DNA from: Dendrobates tinctorius
Taxonomy: Eukaryota
Length of the DNA: 64,000 nt
Reading direction: 5' to 3'
NCBI RefSeq assembly: GCF_039654945.1
Contig: NW_027361806.1
Coordinates: forward strand, 21,824,001 to 21,888,000
The notes under the pieces: generated by a model
What the model was told of the DNA's origin: nothing
Database searches by the model: none
What the model saw: only the letters and a program-made list of their open reading frames with translations
Part shown: piece after piece, positions 13,093 to 25,466 of the stretch
Numbering within the stretch: position 1 is the stretch's first letter
How the letters are laid out: every line of letters begins with the position of its first letter
Program-made: the position numbers and the translations under genes

Positions 13093-13915
13093 ATAAAAAA
13101 GGGAACACAAATACCACATAGATATCACTGGATGAAATATTCCAGTTGCAAATCTTTATTCATAACACAGCGGGATGCGTTGAGAACAATATAACATAAA
13201 CATGATCAATGTAAATCACAATTAATATCCCATGGAGGTCTGAATTTGGAATGATACTCAAAATCAAAGTGGAAAATCAAATTGCAGGCTGATCCAACTT
13301 CAGTGGAAATGCTTCAAGACAAGGAAATGATGCTCAGCAGTGTGTGTCACCTCCACATGCCTGTATGACCTCCCTACAATGACTGGGCATGCTTCTGATT
13401 AGGAGGCAGATGGTCTCCTGAGGGATCTCCTCCCAGACACAGATTAAAGAATCAGACAACTCCTGGACAGTCTTTGGTGCAACTTGGTGTTGGTGAATGG
13501 AATGAGACATGATGTCCCAGATGTGCTCGATTGGATTCAGGTCTGGGGAACGGGCAGTCCAGCCCATAGCATTAATGCCTTCAACATGCAGGATCTGCTG
13601 GCACACTTCAGCCACATGAGGCCTAGCATTGTCATGCATCAGAAGGAATCCGGTCTGAGGATCTCATCAGGGTACCTAATGTCAGTTAGGATACCTCTGG
13701 TGAGCACATGGAGGGCTGTGCGGCAATCCAAAGAAATGCCATCCCACACCATTACTGACCCACTGCCAAACCGGTCATGCTGGAGAATGTTGCAGGCAGC
13801 AGATCGCTCTCCACGGCATCTCCACACTCTATATCGTCTGTTACATGTGCTCAGTGTGAACCTGCGCTCATCCATGAAGAGCACAAGGCCCCAATGTCAA
13901 ATCTGCCAATGTTGG
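13093..13915 (-). mobile_element. Degraded Tc1 (DD34E) fragment: transposase C-terminal half plus TIR remnant
   Basis: LFMDERRF...GSGSVMVWDGI and HDNARPH...[12 protein letters not shown], with a frameshift at about 13639. Confidence 0.85.
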
Positions 13916-14789
13916 GGGTCTCGAAGTAGCGACAAGCTTAGGAAGAGAACAGTCCATTGAGGTACAAGGCCAGGTGACCAGAGAGTCATAACCTGGCTTC
14001 TCCGAAGATTTTCATGAGCCAGGTCCCATTCCTGGCTTTCACAAACTTATCCATGGGGCTCAGTTGACCGGGAGGTCCAAATCATGACCATCCCAAACGT
14101 ATCCATGGTTCAGTGATGGTCAATGGAGCAGATCTGTATTATTTCAGCTGGGGCCGTGGTCTCCTAAGCTGGCATCGTGCAGAATGTCAAATCTGTGTCC
14201 CTCATGATAGAGCCATGATGTATTAACTACTGTCTTGTAAAGAGTCTATGGTTCTTTGGATTTATCTGCTGTCTGGATGTCTTTGGAGACATCTCTGTTA
14301 CAGAGGAGCATATCTCCTCTTTTAATAGTTAACAACTGTCCTTCAAGCCAGCAACCAGCGGTCAAGAGTAAGATGTGAAGAGGTTGTATCGCATTGTTAA
14401 TTAATTTTTTAATTAATTTGCATAGTTTTTACTCCTCTGATTTGCAAGTCAACAAGTTAGCTGGCCTAGACAATGAGTAATCACCATATCAGCCAACATC
14501 ATTGTTCAATTGCCCTTCATTTCTGTCATCCAGGATAACACCACAATATGTTACAATGGACGTCAACGTAATAGTCAATATTCCAGACATATACGAACAA
14601 AAGTGTGTATTTTCTTGACCAAAGAAAGAAACACAAATTCAAAAGTCAACAAATACATAACAGTCTATTTTTCCTGGTTTGCTGAAAATAGACATTATGT
14701 CTACAAAGTTACTTCTGTTTTCATCACTGCTATGTCAGGTCATGGGCTAATCCTTGTTCTCATTAGACTAGGCACCCCCCCTTAGTAAG

Positions 14790-15312
14790 AAAACTCTATG
14801 GGAACTACAGCCCCCATACGAGAAAGATATTGTCAATTTTATACGCATGCTACAAAACGAGGTGATACGAGAAAGCCAGAGCCTCTGGGCTACGCCCATC
14901 ATATTGGTCCAGAAGGATGGGACTCTGAGGTTCTGTATGGGCAATCGGCCATTGAAGGTCTGCACAGTCTGAGATTCATACTCTTTGCCAAGGATAGTAG
15001 AATACCTGTGGGTACAAGGAAAAGCTAGATACTTTTCTTCTCGCGATTTGGCCAGTGGCTACTTGCAAGACCTCATGTCTGAATGAATTTCATCCTCTCT
15101 ATGGGACAAACCAAGAGGAGCCTCGCTGAACTAAGCGTGCCAACGCTGGTGTGACACCCACAAGATACACGGAGGATGACCTCATTTGGCAGTAAATAGG
15201 AGACACAAGGATGTGCTTGGATGCTAGAAATACTGGGATCACCCCTGAGGAGCATCTAGAGATAAAGTGGTCTTTCTTGCCCAAGGGCTGGCGTGTTTCA
15301 AAAGAGGAGGAA
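14790..15312 (+). mobile_element. Ty3/Gypsy retrotransposon remnant (RT N-terminal part, pol C-terminus, polypurine tract)
   Basis: Manual translation MLQNEVIRESQSLWATPIILVQKDGTLRFC...DSYSLPRIVE...GKARYFSSRDLASGYLQ matches Gypsy RT motifs. A KRANAGVTPTRY pol-tail motif follows, then AAAGAGGAGGAA and TGTAAG at 15313 (PPT plus LTR start). Confidence 0.75.
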
Positions 15313-15877
15313 TGTAAGAAGATAGACAAGTGAGAAGTGTTATGAATGGGTCACCGAGGAGGATGGCCAGAACAGGATAAGCCACCAGGAAACCAGAGAC
15401 GTTGGTAACTGAGCGGATTTGTATAGAAGTCCAGCTCACCCACGTCTGCCCTCACCACACCTCAGACTCGGATCCGGCCCTGCCCTGGCCGCACAACAAT
15501 AATGAAAGAAGAAGCGATCCAGCTGAGTGCTCTGGTGATTTATTGAATGCTGTTCAGACAACAGAACGTTGTTTACGCGTTTCTGGCTAGACGCCCTTAA
15601 TCGCTGCTGATGGGCAACACGGTGGCTCAGTGATTAGCGCTGCAGCCTTGCAGCGCTGGGGTCCTGGGTTCGAATCCCACCAAGGACAACATCTGCAAGG
15701 AGTTTGTATGTTCTCCCCATGTTTGCGTGGGTTTCCTCCGGGTACTCCGGTTTCCTCCCACATTCCAAAGACATACTGTTAGGGAATTTAGATTGTGAGC
15801 CCCATCGGGGACAGTGATGATAATGTGTGCAAACTGTAAAGCGCTGGGGAATATGTTAGCGCTATATAAAAATAAAG

Positions 15878-15916
<39 letters not shown>

Positions 15917-17066
15917 ATACACAAAAAACCTGAGGCTGCACGACCTCACCCCTACTATATCAGCACTCTGGTGTAAACTGGGAGTAAAGTAAAGAGATAC
16001 CAATATAACAGGGGACTGAACAAACAGACACAAGCTGCAACATATGGAGTGGGGCCCAGCGCTGCCCCCAGCAGGGAGTACACTGAACCCTAGCAGCAAA
16101 GCAGAAAGCAAACAAAAGTACAACCAAACTAGATGCAAAGGATTATCAAAAGAATCATTTAACAGAACATGCAGATGCGGCAGGAGACAGAGGAACCACC
16201 AAGGACCGTCTGCTCAATTATATGCTCCCAGGCAGAAATCCCAGGTTCCCAATTATCATCGTCAGGTGGGGAACTTCCATCAATCTGGCCAGCTACACAA
16301 CTCCCAGTAACCACCAGAGGGAGCAGAGGAAGCGCTGGCTCAGAAGTCCGAGCCAGGGAATTCACAACAGAGAAGGCGCTCATAGATAATGTATGTACAA
16401 GAGAAAACTGGCATCTGCTAGTCAAAAACTATAAAGATAGTGAAAGCAGGAAGAATTGAATTAGTAGGAACTCAAGAGTGAAGTGTATGTTTCCTCCAGG
16501 AAGAGATTGGAGGAGACACCAGGTCAGATGACATCTGTGGCACAGTTAGCAAATATAAAATGTCTAGGAGGGTAGTGAAGGGGAGGAGTTGGCTCCCGAA
16601 CTTGTGGCAGTACAGACGTGTGTTACAGTAAGCTAGCTTATAGTCGCCATTGCGAGAGAGCAGATCTAAGTAGATGAGTCAAAAGACTAGAAGTGAGTAA
16701 AAGAGTTGAGGAGACAAGATCCGAGTAAAGGACCTAAGATAGGCCAGAATCAAGAGAGCCGAGCCGTGTGAGCAGAACCAGGGCAGAGAGAGACGACTAG
16801 GACACAGCAGAGGGGCGTTTATGTGAGATGTTGTTTCCAATGTAGTCGTATGGTACAAAGTGGGGCCCGGGGCCATGGTTCAGGGAATGAAGGCGGACAG
16901 TGAGACGAGTGTACCTAGTAACTCACCAACCTGGGACTTATTGCCTGGTGGGTAGCGTCGTCGACCCCTATGATGTTTTTGTGTTGCCTCGAGAGTGATG
17001 GGCCCAGTAGTGCCAGTGACGCCCTTTAGGTTGGGGTATTAGGGCTGTGACATCACTTACGATAAC
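15313..17066. mobile_element. Nested, degraded LTR-type sequence interrupted by a Penelope-like fragment and a SINE
   Basis: TG start after the PPT and several TG.../...CA-like ends (15338, 16627, 17052); no clean TSD found. Confidence 0.3.
15612..15917 (+). mobile_element. tRNA-derived V-SINE with an L2-type 3' tail
   Basis: A box TGGCTCAGTGATTAG, B box GGTTCGAATCC, V-domain-like TTTGTATGTTCTCCCC...GGGTTTCCTCCGGGTACTCCGGTTTCCTCCCAC, stem-loop GCGCT...GGAATA...AGCGC, and an (ATT)n tail. Confidence 0.9.
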
Positions 17067-18589
17067 AGTTATTTAATGGTAATAATAGAAGGATACTGTG
17101 TAAATAGCATTGTGTCACTGTCCTGCTCATCTGAATTACTGTATCCTCCTTGTAACAAAGCTTGTTCAATTTTCACCATTTGCGTTATTTCCTAATATTG
17201 TGCCGTAGGCCCCCCCCTGTAATTGTGTCAATCGAATAAATAGCTGTTTGATAGGTAACAGTGTCTCCTCATCGTGTACCATCTGCACAATTCCCACGTA
17301 CGAACACTTCTATAATGTATGGGTAGCCTGGTAGAACATGACCAATTCTGACAGGGACCGGGTAAAGAGCTCATATACACGCAGACGATTTTTACTGAAT
17401 TGCCAGTCCCCATCTTCTATTGACGTTGCAGGTCTTGCTGATGCTGCACGTGTCGCAGCAATGATTTTCTCCAGGAGTTTCTGTTCCGCTGCTTTTAGGT
17501 CCTCTGCATTAAGATCAGTGAGGCCAGATTGGATACAGAGTAGTCTGAATATCACCCTGGGTCTGATCACAGGATGCTGCTCTGTGCATCATCCGCCATG
17601 CTTTACATTGCAGGTAACTGATGACTATAATTTCATAGCGAAAATTTCTGCAATATGACTTTGCCTTTGTTTCTGTGCCCGGTCTTCGGAGATGGATCTA
17701 CGTGATCTGATCCAAAGCCAGAAAACAAGTGGCTGCTATTGAAAGTAATAAGAGGTTTGTTGTAGCAAAACAGCAGCGAGTGTCAGCGGAGCCTGTTCTC
17801 AGCGCAACGCCGCCGATTCCCGTAAGACTGATGGACGCCGTGGTCTTCAAGCCAAATGAGAATTTCTTGCATGAGCGGCTGCCACCTTTCACTGTTGATG
17901 GAACAAACAGCCAATTTAGGAAAACATTTTTCTTATTTTTTTTTACCTTGACGATTACGGCTATGTCACCGGCGGAATTTTTTCATACAGGCCGGCTGGG
18001 AACATCCACGCCGTAGAAGACCAAGTGAGGTGTGAAAAACCATAGGTGCAGCTATTATACTGCGCCGGAGCGACCAGTAAGTGAAAATGTCTAGATAAAG
18101 GTCAATGCAAGGACGCCATGCTCATCAATGAGGACTGAAAGGGAAAGAATCAGTGACATCATCATGCAGGTGTGATGACATCACATAAAGGGCACCTGTC
18201 AGAAACCGAGCTTCTGGGCCAAGGAAATGGTATGGAACAGAACATAAACAGATTTTTCATAAAATCCGCAGCGGATGAAATCTTTCAGAATTTTTCTGCT
18301 TTAATATCGACAGGTGCAAATTTGAAAATCCGTGGAATGACAATGACAATTTCTGTTGTGGATTTTCTCCATAGATTGCACCCGTCAGTGTAAACTTTGC
18401 AAAGAAATAACTGTGGATTATTACAGATGGATGTAGCCTGGGAATTTCATTTACCGTAGATTGGGGCTACAAAGTGACATGTCACACAATGACAATGGTC
18501 AGTCATGGATACATAGGGCCACCACTAGGGGGAGCAAACTGCATATGGATTTATACAGTTTGTATTGAATTCCATGAGAGTTTTATAAT

Positions 18590-20660
18590 TCTGTATGTGG
18601 AGAGCTCCCACAAGTGGTGGCTGCAGACAGAATATTATCATGTATCTCTGTATACAGGGAGCTCCCCCTAGTGGTGGCTGCAGACAGAATATTATCATGT
18701 ATCTCTGTATACAGGGAGCTCCCACAAGTGGTGGCTGCAGACAGAATATTATCATGTATCTCTGTACACAGGGAGCTCCCCCTAGTGGTGGCTGCAGACA
18801 GAATCTTATCATGTATCTCTGTATACAGGGAGCTCCCCCTAGTGGTGGCTGCATACAGCATCTTATGTGTCTCTGTATATAGGGAGCTCCTCCTAGTGGT
18901 GGCTGCAGACAGGATCTCATCATGTATCTCTGTATACACGGAGCTCTCCCTAGTGGTGACTGCAGACAGAATATTATCATGTATCTCTGTATACATGGAG
19001 CTCCCCCTAGTGGTGGCTGCAGACAGAATCTCATCATGTATCTCTGTATACACGGAGCTCTCCCTAGTGGTGGCTGCAGACAGGATCTCATCATGTATCT
19101 CTGTATACAGGGAGCTCCCCCTAGTGGTGGCCGCAGACAGGATCTCATCATGTATCTCTGTATACAGGGAGCTCCCCCTAGTGGTGGCTGCAGACAGGAT
19201 CTTATCATGTATCTCTGTATACATGGAGCTGCCCTAGTGGTGGCTGCCTACAGGATCTTATCATGTATCTCTGTATACAGGGAGCTCCCCCTAGTGGTGG
19301 CTGCAGACAGGAGCTTATCATGTATCGCTGTATACAGGGAGCTCCCCCTAGTGGTGGCTGCAGACAGAATCTTATCAAGTATTTCTTTATACAGGGAGCT
19401 CCCCCTAGTGGTGGCTGCAGACAGGCTCTCATCATGTATCTCTGTATACAGGGAGCTCCCCCTAGTGATGACTGCAGACAGGATGTTATCATGTATCTGT
19501 ATACAGGGAGCTCCCCCTAGTGGTGGCTGCCTACAGGATCTTATCATGTATCTCTGTATACAAGGAACTCCCCTTAGTGGTGACTGCAGACAGGATCTCA
19601 TCATGTATCTCTGCATACGGGGAGCTCCCCCTAGTGGTGGCTGCAGACAGGATCTTATAATGTATCTCTGTATACAGGGAGCTCCCCCTAGTGGTGGCTG
19701 CATACAGCATCTTATGTGTCTCTGTATACAGGGAGCTCCCCCTAGTGGTGGCTGCAGACAGAATCTCATCATGTATCTCTGTATATAGGGAGCTCCCCCT
19801 AGTGGTGGCTGCAGACAGGATCGTATCATGTATCTCTGTATACACGGAGCTCTCCCTAGTGGTGGCTGCAGACAGGATCTCATCATGTATCTCTGTATAC
19901 AGGGAGCTCCCCCTAGTGGTGGCCGCAGACAGGATCTCATCATGTATCTCTGTATACAGGGAGCTCCCCCTAGTGGTGGCTGCAGACAGGATCTTATCAT
20001 GTATCTCTGTATACATGGAGCTCCCCTAGTGGTGGCTGCCTACAGGATCTTATCATGTATCTCTGTATACAGGGAGCTCCCCCTAGTGGTGGCTGCAGAC
20101 AGGAGCTTATCATGTATCGCTGTATACAGGGAGCTCCCCCTAGTGGTGGCTGCAGACAGAATCTTATCAAGTATTTCTTTATACAGGGAGCTCCCCCTAG
20201 TGGTGGCTGCAGACAGGCTCTCATCATGTATCTCTGTATACAGGGAGCTCCCCCTAGTGATGACTGCAGACAGGATGTTATCATGTATCTCTGTATACAG
20301 GGAGCTCCCCCTAGAGGTGGCTGCCTACAGGATCTTATCATGTATCTCTGCATACAGAGAGCTCCCCCTAGTGGTGACTGCAGACAGGATCTCATCATGT
20401 ATCTCTACATACAGGGAGCTCCCCCTAGTGGTGGCTGCAGACAGGATCTTATCATGTATCTCTGTATACAGGGAGCTCCCACTAATGGTGGCTGCAGACA
20501 GGATCTTATCATGTATCTCTGTATACAGGGAGCTCCCCCTAGTGGTGACTGCAGACAGGATCGTATCTCTGTATACAGGGAGCTCCCCTAGTGGTGACTG
20601 CAGACAGGATCTTATCATGTATCTCTGTATACAGGAGCTCCCCCTAGTGGTAGCTGCAGA
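18590..20660. repeat. 57-bp minisatellite (about 36 units), each carrying a CTCF-like motif
   Basis: Unit GGGAGCTCCCCCTAGTGGTGGCTGCAGACAGGATCTTATCATGTATCTCTGTATACA, with a 792-bp higher-order duplication. Confidence 0.97.
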
Positions 20661-20873
20661 TAGTAACTAGATGCCTTTTCATCACTGGCGCCATATCAGT
20701 TGAATAGCAGTAGCTACACCATGACTATCTGTTTGGAGGCCACATAATCAGCATGGAGTCTCCTGAACAGGCCATGAATCTGTTAAAAAAAAAAGCTCAG
20801 TAAATGAAAGGAGCACCATATTTTGTTGTTACAATTGGTGAGGGTCACAACGACAGTCCTCCAATCCCTCAGA

Positions 20874-23800
20874 TTATTATTATTATTATTATTATTATTT
20901 ATTGTTATAGCGCCATTTATTCCATGGCGCTTTACATGTGAGGGGGGTATACATAAAAACAAGTACAATAATCTTAAACAATACAAGTCATAACTGGTAC
21001 AGGAGGAGAGAGGACCCTGCCCGCGAGGGCTCACAATCTTCAAGGGATGGGTGATAATACAGTAGGCGAGGGAAGAGCTGGTCGTGCAGCGGTTTGGTCG
21101 ATCGGTGGTTACTGCAGGTTATAGGCTTGTCGGAAGAGGTGGGTCTTCAGGCTCTTTTTGAAGGTTTCGATGGTAGGTGAGAGTCTGATATGTTGTGGTA
21201 GAGAGTTCCAGAGTAGGGGTGATGCGCGAGAGAAATCTTGTATGCGATTGTGGGAAGAGGAGATAAGAGGGGAGTAGAGAAGGAGATCTTGTGAGGATCG
21301 GAGGTTGCGTGCAGGAAAGTACCGGGAGACGAGGTCACAGATGTATGGAGGAGACAAGTTGTGGATGGCTTTGTATGTCATGGTTAGGGTTTTGTAATGG
21401 AGTCTCTGGGCAATTGGGAGCCAGTGAAGGGATTGACAGAGGGGAGAAGCTGGGGAATAGCGGGGGGACAGGTGGATTAGTCGGGCAGCAGAGTTTAGAA
21501 TAGATTGGAGGGGTGCGAGAGTGTTTGAGGGGAGGCCGCAGAGCATGAGGTTGCAGTAGTCAAGGCGAGAGATGATGAGGGCATGGACTAGGGTTTTTGC
21601 AGATTCTTGGGTGAGGAATGAACGGATGCGTGAAATATTTTTGAGTTGAAGTCGGCAGGAAGTGGAAAGGGTTTGGATATGTGGTTTGAAGGAGAGATCA
21701 GCATCAAGGATTACTCCGAGGCAGCGAGCTTGTGGGACTGGGGAGAGTGGGCAGTCATTTACTGTAATTGATAGGTTCGTAGGGGGGGTCACGTGAGATG
21801 GGGGAAAGATGATGAATTCTGTTTTGTCCATGTTGAGTTTCAGATATCTAGTGGAGAAGAAGGATGAAATAGTGGACAGACATTGAGGGATTCTGGTTAG
21901 TAGGGAGGTGATATCTGGTCCAGAGATGTAGATCTGTGTGTCATCAGCATAAAGATGATACTGAAAGCCATGAGATTCTATGAGCTGTCCCAGGCCAAAG
22001 GTGTAAATAGAGAACAGCAGGGGCCCTAGGACTGAACCTTGTGGGACTCCGACAGATAGGGGGCGAGGTGAGGAGGTGGTGTGTGAGTGGGAGACGCTGA
22101 ATGTCCGGTCTGTTAGGTATGATGAGATCCAGGAGAGGGCCAAGTCTGTGATGCTGAGGGATGAGAGGGTCTGTAATAATAGGGAATGGTCCACTGTGTC
22201 AAAGGCAGCCGACAGGTCCAGGAGGAGGAGGACAGAGTAGTGTCGCTTGCTCTTGGCAGTTAAGAGGTCATTGGTGACCTTAGTAAGGGCAGTTTCAGTG
22301 GAGTGGTGTGACCGGAAGCCAGATTGTAAGCGGTCGAAGAGGGAGCAAGAAGAGAGATGGGAGGACAGTTCAAGGTAGACGTGTTGTTCCAGTAGCTTGG
22401 AGGCGTATGGGAGAAGTGATATAGGGCGATAGCTAGATACAGAGGATGGGTCAAGAGAGGGCTTTTTGAGGATAGGTGTGATGGAGGCATGTTTAAAGCT
22501 TGAGGGGAAAACACCAGTTGTTAGTGATAGGTTGAAGAGATGGGTTAGGGTTGGGATGAAGACTGTGGTGAGGTTTGGGATGAAGTGGGATGGGATCGGG
22601 TCGAGTGCACAGGTGGTGAGATGTGATCTTGAGAGTAGAGTGGAGAGTCGATCTTCTGTCATGGTGGAGAAGTTGGTTTTGAAGGTGGAGGGCTGGGAAG
22701 TCGGGAGGAAGGGCTCTGGGGGTTGTTGACCAAAACTGTCCCTGATGTTATCAATTTTCTGCTTGAAAAATGAGGCAAAGTCTTCAGCTGAGATGAGTGG
22801 GGAGGGAGGAGGTGCTGGGGGGCGGAGGAGAGAATTGAAGGTGTTGAATAACTGTTTAGGGTTGTGAGACAGGGAGGATATGAGAGATGAGAAGTAGGTT
22901 TGTTTAGCTGTGGCGAGTGTGGTCTTGAAAGTAGTGAGGGACTGTTTGAATGCGATGAAATGCTCGTTGGAGTGGGATCTTTTCCATCTGCGCTCAGCAG
23001 CCCTGGAAGCTCGCCTCAGCTCTTTGGTCAGGCTGGTGTGCCAGGGCTGTCTGTTGATTTTGCGAGTTTTGGTATGTGTAAGTGGGGCAGCGGATTCCAA
23101 AGCTACAGCTATTGTGGTGTTATATAGAGCGGCAGCGTCATCCGCATTGTGTAAGGAACTTATATCTGTAAGAGGGAGGAGGGATTCGGAGAATGAGTGT
23201 AGGTCAAGGTGTTTAAGATTCCTGCGAGGGTGTGAAAGTTTGTGGGGTGGGGATTGTAGACATGGAGTGAAGAGGGAAGAGAATGTGAGCAGGTTGTGGT
23301 CAGAGAGAGGAAGAGGTGAGTTAGAGAGGTTAGATAGGGAGCAGAGGCGGGTGAAGATGAGGTCCAGTGTGTGGCCATCTTTGTGGGTGGCTGTAGAAGA
23401 CCATTGAGTGAGGCCGAAGGAGGAAGTGAGAGATAGAAGTTTAGTGGCAGCTGAGAGGGAAGTGTCAATGGGGATGTTGAAGTCGCCCATGATGATAGTA
23501 GGGATGTCCGCGGAAAGGAAATGAAGTAACCAGGTGGTGAAGTGGTCAAAGAAGGTGGTGGCTGGCCCTGGGGGGCGGTAGATGACAGCCAGTTGGAGGT
23601 TGGAGGGGGAGTAGATGCGCACAGAGTGCACCTCAAAGGAAGGGAGGGTAACAGAGGGTGGCAGTGGGATTGGGGTGAAGGAGCAGGTATCTGACAGGAG
23701 AAAACCAACTCCTCCACCAAGTTTGCTGCTGGGGCGGGGGGTGTGAGAAAGGTGGAAGCCGCCATACGAAAGTGCAGCAGGAGAGGCTGTGTCAGAAGGG

Positions 23801-24482
23801 GTGAGCCAGGTTTCGGTGATGGCGAGGAAGGAGAGTTTGGTAGTAACAAAAAGATCATAGATGTAGGAAAGCTTGTTGCAGACAGAGCGAGCGTTCCACA
23901 GAGCTCCTGTTAGTGGGACTGGGGAAGCGGGGGCTGGGTGAATGGGTATAAGGTTGGAGAGGTTACGGAAGGTTGTGATAGAGCGTGGATGGGAGGTAGA
24001 AATGACTGTGGGAATGTGGTGAGGAGGACCAGGATTTGGAGAGATATCACCAGCAGTGAGAAGGAGCAGAGAAAGTGTTAGCAGGTGGGAGCAGGAGAGG
24101 GCATGAGGGGGCTGTCTGTGTTTGGAGACAGAGGATTGTATGTTAAGGAACAGTTTTGAGGCGGAGGTGAGGTGGATGGGGAGGATTGAAGAAGAGATGA
24201 ACAGTTCCTTACTAGGAGTAGGGATTAGGGGAATTAGCAGAAAGTGAAGGATTATTGGGGTGAAAGTGAAAACAAACAGAAACATTGTTTACAGTGACTG
24301 TGTCCAGTTACCTTCAGTTCCCTTCTGGTTCAATTCTGGTTTTAATTCTTAAATTAATCTTCACACTTCTAGCACACACTTATAGCAATCACAATGCAGA
24401 CTGAAGTCTATGCAGACTTGTACTCTGCAATATATGTACAACTAAGTGCAGTCAGGTGTGAAGCAGAGAGGAGTGGTCTCTG
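20874..24482 (-). mobile_element. Apparently full-length L2-clade LINE with a single ORF
   Basis: Intact ORF and a 5'UTR of about 200 bp. The 3'UTR has the stem-loop GCGCCAT-GGAATAA-ATGGCGC and a (TAA)n tail. Candidate TSD CTCAGA at 20868-20873 and 24483-24488. Confidence 0.9.
21109..24285 (-). CDS. L2 LINE polyprotein (1058 aa): hydrophobic leader, 2A-like peptide, APE endonuclease, reverse transcriptase
   Basis: APE motifs WNARS, ITETWL, IYRPP, MGDFN, GHTLDL, LSDH; RT motifs [35 protein letters not shown]. No stops. Confidence 0.93.
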   Translation of the reverse strand: MFLFVFTFTPIILHFLLIPLIPTPSKELFISSSILPIHLTSASKLFLNIQSSVSKHRQPPHALSCSHLLTLSLLLLTAGDISPNPGPPHHIPTVISTSHPRSITTFRNLSNLIPIHPAPASPVPLTGALWNARSVCNKLSYIYDLFVTTKLSFLAITETWLTPSDTASPAALSYGGFHLSHTPRPSSKLGGGVGFLLSDTCSFTPIPLPPSVTLPSFEVHSVRIYSPSNLQLAVIYRPPGPATTFFDHFTTWLLHFLSADIPTIIMGDFNIPIDTSLSAATKLLSLTSSFGLTQWSSTATHKDGHTLDLIFTRLCSLSNLSNSPLPLSDHNLLTFSSLFTPCLQSPPHKLSHPRRNLKHLDLHSFSESLLPLTDISSLHNADDAAALYNTTIAVALESAAPLTHTKTRKINRQPWHTSLTKELRRASRAAERRWKRSHSNEHFIAFKQSLTTFKTTLATAKQTYFSSLISSLSHNPKQLFNTFNSLLRPPAPPPSPLISAEDFASFFKQKIDNIRDSFGQQPPEPFLPTSQPSTFKTNFSTMTEDRLSTLLSRSHLTTCALDPIPSHFIPNLTTVFIPTLTHLFNLSLTTGVFPSSFKHASITPILKKPSLDPSSVSSYRPISLLPYASKLLEQHVYLELSSHLSSCSLFDRLQSGFRSHHSTETALTKVTNDLLTAKSKRHYSVLLLLDLSAAFDTVDHSLLLQTLSSLSITDLALSWISSYLTDRTFSVSHSHTTSSPRPLSVGVPQGSVLGPLLFSIYTFGLGQLIESHGFQYHLYADDTQIYISGPDITSLLTRIPQCLSTISSFFSTRYLKLNMDKTEFIIFPPSHVTPPTNLSITVNDCPLSPVPQARCLGVILDADLSFKPHIQTLSTSCRLQLKNISRIRSFLTQESAKTLVHALIISRLDYCNLMLCGLPSNTLAPLQSILNSAARLIHLSPRYSPASPLCQSLHWLPIAQRLHYKTLTMTYKAIHNLSPPYICDLVSRYFPARNLRSSQDLLLYSPLISSSHNRIQDFSRASPLLWNSLPQHIRLSPTIETFKKSLKTHLFRQAYNLQ

Positions 24483-24864
24483 CTCAGACATGGATTCCTT
24501 TTATTGTACCTGACTTTACTTTAGTCTTTGATAAGTCTTTCTTTTAGCTGATAAAGGATATTTCTGATGAATGTCTTATAAAAAAAACTGTTAAACTTTT
24601 GGACAGAATATTCTAGTTGCCGTAGCAACTACAAAATGATATAAACGTTCGGGAAAATGGACTTTCTCTGCTCAGATTTGACAGAAAATGGATTTTTTTC
24701 CTTGTTAATGTTAGAAAGGAGGGGCGGTAGCTTTGTAAATAAATGTGAATTTGGTTTGGAAGATTACTGAATATCCGAACTAAAATCACTTGGACCCTCA
24801 CAGATCTGATACTGATGACATATCCTTGGAAAAGGTCATCAATAACAGTAAAGGAGCAAAATTA

Positions 24865-25127
24865 GGGCAGCACGGTGGCTCAGTGGTTAGTTAGTGGTTC
24901 GAATCCCACCAAGGACAACATCTGCAAGGAGTTTGTATGTTCTCCCCGTGTTTGCGTGGGTTTCCTCCGGGTACTCCGGTTTCCTCCCACATTCCAAAGA
25001 CACACTGATAGGGAATGTAGATTGTGAGCCCCATCGGGGGGCAGTGATGAAAATGTGTGCAAACTGTAAAGCGCTGCGGAATATGTTAGCGCTATATAAA
25101 AAAAATAAAAATAAAGATTATTATTAT
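24865..25127 (+). mobile_element. V-SINE, second copy, with a deletion in the tRNA head
   Basis: Near-identical to 15612-15917 but lacks the segment between the A and B boxes. Confidence 0.9.
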
Positions 25128-25188
25128 CACTCATAGAAGCAGATATACATGAACTGTACGAGTGCAAGACAAGGAGCAAGTACACCCT

Positions 25189-25466
25189 GAGCCATGTACA
25201 GGGTCCGCCCCCCCCGAGCCACATACAGGGTCCGCCCCCCCCGAGCCACATACAGGGTCCGCCCCCCCCGAGCCACATACAGGGTCCACCCCCCCGAGCC
25301 ACATACAGGGTCCACCCCCCCCGAGCCACATACAGGGTCCGCCCCCCCCGAGCCACATACAGGGTCCACCCCCCCCGAGCCACATACAGGGTCCACCCCC
25401 CCCCGAGCCGCATACAGGGTCCACCCCCCCCCCGAGCCACATACAGGGTCCGCTCCCCGAGCCACG
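25189..25466. repeat. C-rich minisatellite of about 30 bp (GAGCCACATACAGGGTCC(A/G)CCCCCCC), about 9 units
   Basis: Direct tandem repeats with variable C-run length. Confidence 0.9.

Noticed and set aside
15612-15680. tRNA gene
   Set aside because: The A and B boxes belong to a SINE head; there is no acceptor stem or terminator.
18525-20670. Cys-rich repetitive ORFs (LCIQGAPPSGGCRQ)
   Set aside because: Translation of the 57-bp (19-codon) minisatellite on both strands, with frameshifts between units.
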